Assembly (NCBI GenBank): GCA_002269645.1
Contig: NIVC01004492.1
Span: forward strand, 1 to 44,304
Source of the DNA: Macrostomum lignano
Taxonomy: Eukaryota
Direction: 5' to 3'
Length of the DNA stretch: 44,304 nt
Position 1 is the first letter of the stretch. The number at the start of each line of letters is the position of its first letter. Under the pieces are notes generated by a model, which made no database searches, was not told where the DNA came from, and was given only the letters and a program-made list of their open reading frames with translations. The position numbers and the translations under genes were made by a program. This document shows positions 25,015 through 44,304 of this stretch, piece by piece.

Positions 25015-28000
25015 CTGATGTGCAATTTTTACGACAAACTTAATAAATCTTAAATAAATTTTAGGTTCACTTCGACCTCAAACAATACACTTTCAGGGAA
25101 GTTTAAGTAAAATGGACCCAAAGGACAGGATGTCACAGGGACTTGAGGACAGGATGTCAAAGGGACTTGAGGACAGGATGTCAAAGGGACATGAGGACAG
25201 GATGCCAAAGGGACATGAGGACAGGATGTCAAAGGGACTTGAGGACAGGATGTCAAAGGGACATGAGGACAGGATGTCAAAGGGACTTGATGACAGGATG
25301 TCAAAGGGACTTGAGGACAGGATGTCAAAGGGACTTGAGGACAGGATGTCAAAGGGACTTGAGGACAGGATGTCAAAGGGACTTGATGACAGGATGTCAA
25401 AGGGACTTGATGACAGGATGTCAAAGGGACATGAGGACAGGATGTCAAAGGGACTTGAGGACAGGATGTCAAAGGGACATGAGGACAGGATGTCAAAGGG
25501 ACTTGAGGACAGGATGTCAAAGAGACTTGAGGACAGGATGTCAAAGGGACTTGAGGACAGGATGTCAAAGGGACATGAGGACAGGATGTCAAAGGGACTT
25601 GAGGACAGGATGTCAAAGGGACTTGAGGACAGGATGTCAAAGGGACATGAGGACAGGATGTCAAAGGGACTTGAGGACAGGATGTCAAAGGGACTTGATG
25701 ACAGGATGTCAAAGGGACTTGATGACAGGATATCAAAGGGACTCGATGACAGGATGTCAAAGGGTCTTGATGACAGGATGTCAAAGGGACTTGATGACAG
25801 GATGTCAAAGGGACATGAGGACAGATGTCAAAGGGACTTGATGACAGGATGTCAAAGGGACTTGATGACAGGATGTCAAAGGGACTTGAGGACAGGATGT
25901 CAAAGGGACTTGAGGACAGGATGTCAAAGGGACTTGAGGACAGGATGTCAAAGGGACTTGATGACAGGATGTCAAAGGGACTTGAGGACAGGATGTCAAA
26001 GGGACTTGATGACAGGATGTCAAAGGGACTTGATGACAGGATGTCAAAGGGACATGAGGACAGGATGTCAAAGGGACTTGAGGACAGGATGTCAAAGGGA
26101 CTTGAGGACAGGATGTCAAAGGGACATGAGGACAGGATGTCAAAGGGACATTAGGACAGGATGTCAAAGGGACTTGAGGACAGGATGTCAAAGGGACTTG
26201 AGGACAGGATGTCAAAGGGACATGAGGACAGGATGTCAAAGGGACTTGAGGACAGGATGTCAAAGGGACTTGAGGACAGGATGTCAAAGGGACTTGATGA
26301 CAGGATATCAAAGGGACTTGATGACAGGATGTCAAAGGGTCTTGATGACAGGATGTCAAAGGGACTTGATGACAGGATGTCAAAGGGACATGAGGACAGA
26401 TGTCAAAGGGACTTGATGACAGGATGTCAAAGGGACTTGATGACAGGATGTTAAAGGGACTTGAGGACAGGATGTCAAAGGGACATGAGGACAGGATGTC
26501 AAAGGGACATGATGACAGGATGTCAAAGGGACTTGAGGACAGGATGTCAAAGGGCAAGTGCGAAATAATGGCTTTTAAAAAGTTTCAAGAAAAAGCCATT
26601 AGAACACCTGTTACCCCAATCCGCAAGATTACCTGCAGTCGTGAGTAATGGTAGTCTCCGAAGTCATCTCGCAGTCCTCGGACGGTGTGCCAGCCTCATC
26701 GCCCGATTCAAACTTGACGCCGCTGAAGTCTTCAATAGCGGAGTCGCCATCCGCGTCAACTTTATGATCCGCAGCGGCCTCGTCGTCAAGGGCTTCGAGA
26801 AGGGTCTTCTGCTCGGATTCGAGCTCCGAAAGACGAGCCTGGGGAGGGGCGGATTAAGCTGTAGAGATTTTGATATGCTGCATTAGACAGATTTGATTGT
26901 CGCTAAACACACTCCGAGTTTAACGAGTCAAGCAGATAAACACACTCCAAGTTAAATGCGGAAAGCCGATAAACACACTCTGAGTTTAATGAGTCGAGCA
27001 GATAAACACACTCCGAGTTTAACGACAGAGGCCGATAAACACACTCCAAATTTGATGCGCAAATCCGATAAACACACTCCGAGTTTAATGAGTCAGGCCG
27101 ATAAACACACTCATAGTTTAATGAGTCAGGCCGATAAACACACTCAGAGTTTAATGAGTCAGGCCGATAAACACACTCCGAGTTTAACGAGCCACGCCGA
27201 AAAACACACCCAGAGTTCAATGACTCAGGTCGATAAACACACTACAACAGACTGCCTACTGAACAGTAACAAGATATGAATGTAGGAATCTAATCTCTCA
27301 AAGTAAGAGATATTCAAAGTGAGAGCACTCAAGTTATTACGAGTTCAGTTACCTGAAGCGCATTAGCTTCATCAGCGGATCGCCTGTTAGCCAACTGAAG
27401 CTCCCGAATGCAGCCCAGCACTCGAGTCAGCAGTTTCGCTTCTGACCGATCAGCTGCGCCGCCGCCGCCGCCGATGCCGCACAGCTCACGCAGCTGGTCG
27501 AGTCTCTGACGAATTTTTTCAACGCGCTTCTTCTCAGCCTTTTTATGCGGCTCTCGCTGGTGACGCGGCAGCCGCGACGGCGTTGAGGGCGGCGTCGCTG
27601 GCTCGTCTTTCAGGTGGACGCCGACGCCGACAGCGGCGGACAGGCCAACAACGTCGGGATTGTCGGCGACGGAAACGGCTGCCGCAGCGCCTGAGGCAGC
27701 GCCGCCAACGGAGAAGCCGGCAGCTGACGAGCTGGACGATGTTGCACCGCCACTGCCGCCGCTGTGATGATGATGATGCTGCTGCTGCTGCTGCCATCGC
27801 GGCGAATCCGACGTGTCCGAAGGCGACGAGACGCCGTCGCCGAAGCCACCGCCGCTGGAACTGCCAACCCGCCTCAGGCGACGATTGAGTGTGTCGAACA
27901 ACTCCTGTCGGGACAGACTGTTCACGTCAGCGTAGCGCCGCCTGCGCTCGTCAGGATCGATCGGAACGGCGGCGGCGGCTGTGGCGTCGGCGCGCACGGC

Positions 28001-28470
28001 GGCGGCGGAGGAGGCGCCATAGACAGTCGGGCGGGCTGTCCATTCCGCGGGTGCGCCGGAGTGCTGAAGCCGCTCAGTAGCGAAGGAGTTGAGGCTACGG
28101 ATGGCACCGAGCTGGAGAAGTTTGAGTAGCTTGAGCAGCTGGAGTGACTGCGGTACTGTTGGAAGGCCGAGTTGCTGGTGTTAGATGTCAGTGAAGGCTC
28201 CTGCGGTTGCGGCATGGTGAGCTGTTGCCACAGTATGCTAGCGGAAGTAGCAGTGCCATTGCTGTCATTGGCTACAGAAGTGGGGAATTGGAACAAATCA
28301 TAAGACGGCTCAATGTCTTCAAGCGCGGTGCTCTGGTGCTGCTGCAAATGACCAGCGCCAGATGCTGCATCCATCATTGGCTCATCCTGATGCTGCTGCA
28401 CATTGCCAGCGTCTGAGGATATTAGATCAAGCAGAAAGGACATGCTGTCCTCTCCATTGCCAGTGTCCAT
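24633..28470 (-). CDS. bHLH-leucine zipper transcription factor, Mlx/Mondo (Max network)-like; 3 coding exons (28470-27353, 26838-26633, 25014-24633), one apparent frameshift in exon 1
   Basis: Basic-helix1 REPHKKAEKKRVEKIRQRLDQLRELC; helix2 SEAKLLTRVLGCIRELQ; a zipper joined across the intron (ADEANALQ|ARLSELESEQKTLL). Splice phases 0 and 2 are consistent. The last exon LFHRLIGGLLVDSFRRAV...FQRWLSTLTASRLRRDL resembles the Mlx/Mondo C-terminal DCD pattern as remembered. Confidence 0.75.
25110..26555. repeat. 24-bp minisatellite GGGACTTGAGGACAGGATGTCAAA, about 60 copies, filling intron 2 of the bHLH gene
   Basis: Visible tandem array; 8-aa period MSKGLEDR. Confidence 0.97.
26633..26838 (-). 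CDS. bHLH-LZ gene exon 2 (zipper plus acidic linker)
   Basis: Acceptor CCTCCCCAG|GCT and donor CAG|GTAATC; open frame ARLSELESEQKTLLEALDDE...THDC. Confidence 0.8.
26903..27245. repeat. 33-bp tandem repeat GATAAACACACTCCGAGTTTAATGAGTCAGGCC, about 10 copies, in intron 1 of the bHLH gene
   Basis: Visible; 11-aa period ADKHTPSLMSQ. Confidence 0.92.
27353..28470 (-). CDS. bHLH-LZ gene exon 1 (acidic/S/P-rich N-terminus plus bHLH)
   Basis: ORF 27922-28470 overlaps ORF 27329-27997 in another frame. Donor CAG|GTAACT at 27352. The start codon is uncertain. Confidence 0.7.
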
Positions 28471-28713
28471 GAAAAGTGCAAACTCAAAGAAGTTCTCAAA
28501 AAATGGAATCAGCTGTCAGTGTCTTGTAGTATTAACCATATTGCATGCAATAAATTGAAAATATGATTGCTTGTTTATAAACATAGCTTTTATATTATAT
28601 GTTGCATTATCTAATTAGATATTATATCATCATAAAACATTTACTACTATGCTAGACATCCATGCGCAACCCCCTGAATTACACCAGCCTTGCAACTTCC
28701 TAAAAAAACTTTT

Positions 28714-28776
28714 GGGTAAACGGCAGGAGTAACTATAACTCTTTTATCAAGGCTAAATGCTTCGTCATCTAATTAG
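28714..28776 (+). pseudogene. 63-bp 28S rRNA gene fragment (helix 68-71 region)
   Basis: 53/63 identical without gaps to the conserved eukaryotic 28S sequence as remembered: GGGTAAACGGCGGGAGTAACTATGACTCTCTTAAGGTAGCCAAATGCCTCGTCATCTAATTAG. No flanking rDNA is present. Confidence 0.85.
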
Positions 28777-31700
28777 TTTTTATATCTATTTTGGTGTATA
28801 TTTTTTCAACTTATCATGGCTGGGCCCTTGCCAATCAGCTAGATCGGCCAAGTGTTGCGCATGTATGAATGTCTAGTACAATTAAAGCTATTACTTGTGT
28901 GCAAAATTGGTACTATTTTACTTGTATATAACTAGAATCTTATAATTATATCTAAAAATGATTACAATAGTTTGTTTGAACTTATGAAAGACTTTTACTA
29001 GGCCTGTTTTGGTAAAAAATGGAAAATGAATCATTTGAAAATAGTTTTCTATAGTGCCTAATACAATAAAAAACAAATATACTGCTATCTCTTTTTTTAT
29101 TAGATCATTTATATCAAGGCTAATTCAAGACTAGAAGTTTCTAATATAAACAACAAACTGGACTATAGATTGACTGATTGCAAAGTTTAATTTTTTTCAA
29201 TAGCCAAATAGTTGAATTGCTAAATTAGCCCACTAAGTATCAAATATGTTGCAAATGATTAAATATAAAAAAAATATTAATTTCATTATGAAAAAGGCAA
29301 CAAAAATGGATGATTTTCTAATTTTGAACATTTAATTTGATTTTATACCAAGTTATATATCAAGCTATTGATGTGGTAAAAAGCATAAATAATATATCTA
29401 GATAGATATTTTTTAATTTGATTTTGTGCCAAGCTTAGTCATGCCAACTTTTACCAATGTTAAGTTAATTATACAATAGTTTAAGCATAAAATTCATGTC
29501 TACAGCTGTGTCTATATGTAAAAGTCTGCCAAATTGCAAATATAATAAAATAAAAAAGTTAAATAATAAATATAATATAATAAGTTTTGCCTCTTAACTT
29601 AAAGGTTTACAACATTATTAAAATGTTAATTAAATTAAAGCTGCAATAGTCGCAAGTTGAAAAATAATCAAATGGGCAAAACTAAAAGATTGCCAAAATG
29701 ATATACTGTTTTCAATATGAACTAATATAGGTTTTAGTCATCATAAATTTCGATAAAAGTTTGATCTTAAACAATAACAGTTTGCCGCCATGGACATGGC
29801 AGATGGGATGGCACATGAGATATATCTGAATAAATTCAAAAAAATAAATATGATATAAAATGGATTAGTCCTAGATCTTTAGTAGGCCTACTAGAGAGCC
29901 TATCTGGGCCTATAGTAAATTGCAAGCAAAATAAAATAAGGAACTTTAGCAGATTTTATTAATTTTCGGCATTGATAAGATTAAGATAATGCACTGCTTC
30001 GATTCCACAATTACTCTTGGACAGGACAACCTCTACGGCCTTCAAAAAAGGTAAAATAGATCCTATGAAAAATACACGAACTTATATACGTGGTTCTCCC
30101 ACTCTAAGTTACAAACTGTACATGTCAAATGTGACGTCATGCAAAAATGTCGCTCGCATTCTCAATACTCTCTCTCACACAGCTTTTACGAGTTCCTGCA
30201 ATTGGAAGTTTTTGACTTTGAAACATTTTATCTATAGTTTAATCAAAACAAAAAATGCAACTTCTGAGAATAGAATATACTTTCTTTGATAATTATTAAA
30301 AAAATTTAATTAATAGTAAAGCAGTAACTTGCGTTAAAAATAAAAAAGTATAAAATTAAGAGTCGTTAGCAAGTTGATCACGATTTATCGGACAAGGCCA
30401 CTGTCTTTTTATGTGTCTTACTCTTAGGCGCGGCTTGCACATCTGCAAATCTGAATATATCATAATTTAGATGTGCCGAACATGAGCTACATGTAGCTCC
30501 TATTACCTAAGAAAGTATACAGCGAGAGACAAGCAGGAGAATTTTAAAGGCAAAAACAGCTAATCCGTAGATTAAGCTAATCAGCTGGCCACCAACTCAT
30601 GCAAAAACTGGCTCACCAAACCTGCCGCTCGGCTCTCTCTCGAATCGGGTTACCACGACTCAAGGAGAGGCTCTGAACTGATGTGCCAACTGGTGTCTTT
30701 TAGTTGAATCTCGAAGTCAGCCGAAAAGGGACGGTACTCGGACTGGATAGCATATTTTTGCAGAGGGGTTCTTCTTGTTGCTAGGCTGCAAGACTATAGG
30801 TTCGTGAAATATACACATATATGTACTACATTATCAAATTCCTATGCATGCGATTGATTCTGGCCATAAAATGTGACTATAAACTAATATATTAGCCCTA
30901 GCTCTGAGACCCTTACATGTAGCTGGTGGGTTCTAGCTTACATACATGTAGATATATAAGCCGCTTTGATGCCTAAGTTAGCAATAAAGTACATGACTGA
31001 CTTGAATTCTGATTCAAAATGGTTGGTTGACTGAATACTGTTTGGAACCAATTATGCTCGTAGCTTGGGTTGGGATTTGTTACAATTAGAACACATCGAT
31101 TTTGATTGGCTGAGCCGATTTGTTAAAACGCCCTGTCTAATTTTCTGATCGGCTGAAGCATTTAGCTACCACGACCTGAAAAGCCGAGAGATCCTACAGG
31201 TCCCTGGGGAATCCTCAAAAAGCGATATAGGTGCGGCCATAAATCATCCAATTTTATTTATATAAATTTATTTATGAGTTTTAGCAATTTCAAGTCCAAA
31301 ATTAACATGAAATATGCATTAGATCGGGGATGAAGAGGAGAGGTGATTTTGCCAAATCCGCGAGATGATTGTAGGATTAAAACGAATATACATGTACTTT
31401 TAGTGTAGGGGCAAAGTTCACAGCTGTCAAAATATATCGTCACACGTGCCAAATTATTATGTGATTGACAAATGAGAAATTCTCCCAGACCATCAGGAAC
31501 CTGTATACCCACAGGCATGCATGCCAGGTGTCCGTCTAATACCTTGACAATCTGGTGATTTATATGATCATGATCCGAAAAAAGTATGCTGGTATACAAT
31601 CCCGATGAAAAAGAAGAAAAACATAAAAGTAGCGAAGGTAATTAGTAGGGGAGACAAAGGATAGGAAGAAGCGAAGATAGGAGAGAGGAAAGGTAAATAT

Positions 31701-33027
31701 ATTGAAAAGATCCGATAATAAAAAGGGAAGAAGAAATTTCTATTTCTACTGGCAGTAATAGGGGACGTGCCATCAAATTAGTGCTGATGCTGAAAGTCTG
31801 ATATCTCATAAAGTAGAAATTAGGAGTCAATTAGGCCTTTAATTGTCATGCAGCTAGATATGCTATTACTACTAGCTAAAATCTAACGAGAAGAAACTAC
31901 TGCAGCGACCAAATAGTATGAGCCCGTATACTGCTACATGTAGGTCCAAAATATATTTTGCTGCATTACAGTGTGCCTTGCCGGTTGTCACAACCATCAT
32001 CTCTTTAACATGCTAAAGATTTTAACAGATTAAGTCGTACTATCAATCTCTACAGGGTCCTACATGTAATGTAGTTTTTTAAAGCAAGACAAAAACGACA
32101 TAAAGATGAACACCAGTTTGTATATCATGAGCACAAAAGTTTGTACATGTACATCTAGCTATTAAAGTTCGGCTGGTGAAGCGTACAGCCCCTTTCCAAC
32201 AGGAATATCCGTTGTCTGGGCATCAATGCAGCGTTGGGGAGTTGGCCGATCGAATGGAGCTCTAAATGCAATGTCTGGATGTTCGGGGACTAGTGTTAAA
32301 GTCAATAAAGATGACGAACCAAAGTAAAAAATAAAAGGAAACAGAGACAAAAATGTACTTCTATTTGTTTCATTTTATGACCAACCCATGAAACCTGATA
32401 ATATCGCAGCTCATGATATATTAAAAAATCGAACTACCTCTCCAGATCGCTGGTTTGTAGAACGCCACAAGACGTACATACCAGATTTCAGCATCTGACG
32501 CACCCTCTTCCTTCTGCAGTATTGATCCGAACTAGACTGCAATATGGGCGGTGGGGGCCTGGGGAAGGGCTGGGTCGGCGAACCACAGCGGTCTTTTCTC
32601 TCTTACCTCCCTGCGCATTCAGGCAAGGCGGACAGGGGCTAGCAGGAAACGAGGTCCGTGGTAAGGGGTTGTAGCCTTAGCCTATATGGGCCTGTTGCTT
32701 TTGTCTGTAGAGAGAGCCTCGATGGGATTGGGGATGAGGTAGGGTACTGGGGTCTGGCAGTCCAGATGAGGCAAGTGTGTGCAGCGTGTGCGCCAAGCAA
32801 TGGCCCGTCTTTGAACGCTTTGTCACCCACCATCTGCCCGAGCCGCAGCCCCAACCAGCCTCCGACTATTTAGGCCGAAAGAAAATCCTTCCCAACCATC
32901 TTGGTCCTCCTTCATTTTTCATCCTTTCCTCTCTCCTTATAGCTATCTTCATCGTTTCATTTTGGAGCCGCCAGCCATATTCACCCTACTAATTATTAGA
33001 GACAAACTACAACTTTAGCCGCATGAG

Positions 33028-44304
<11,277 letters not shown>

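Noticed and set aside
27543-28416. Plus-strand and alternative-frame ORFs over the bHLH gene
   Set aside because: Shadow ORFs of GC-rich trinucleotide-repeat coding sequence.

Overview
Repeat-rich metazoan genomic DNA with spliceosomal GT-AG introns; it is not prokaryotic and has no CRISPR array. The style resembles a free-living flatworm such as Macrostomum, but that is only an impression. Two protein-coding genes can be reconstructed by hand. The first is a laminin beta chain gene on + (signal-peptide exon at 33028, at least 19 exons, running off the right edge). The second is a divergently oriented three-exon bHLH-leucine-zipper gene on - (28470-24633) with an Mlx/Mondo-like C-terminal domain and an atypical basic region. 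The left 24 kb is mostly mini/microsatellite arrays and mobile DNA. It includes a 1.4-kb DNA transposon derivative with ~110-bp TIRs, an 8-bp TSD and an intron-split THAP domain (P-superfamily-like); a young 5'-truncated RNase H LINE with a 14-bp TSD between two inverted arrays of one 46-bp repeat; a second decayed LINE 3' end; and a CORE-type SINE. Further right are a 63-bp 28S rDNA fragment whose mismatches cluster on the R2/I-PpoI site and a SINE whose tail appears to have grown into an ~800-bp compound microsatellite inside a laminin intron. Most long ORFs in the supplied track are translations of tandem repeats. All family assignments come from remembered motifs, not database searches. 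Single-base frameshifts in otherwise good genes suggest indel errors in the assembly.
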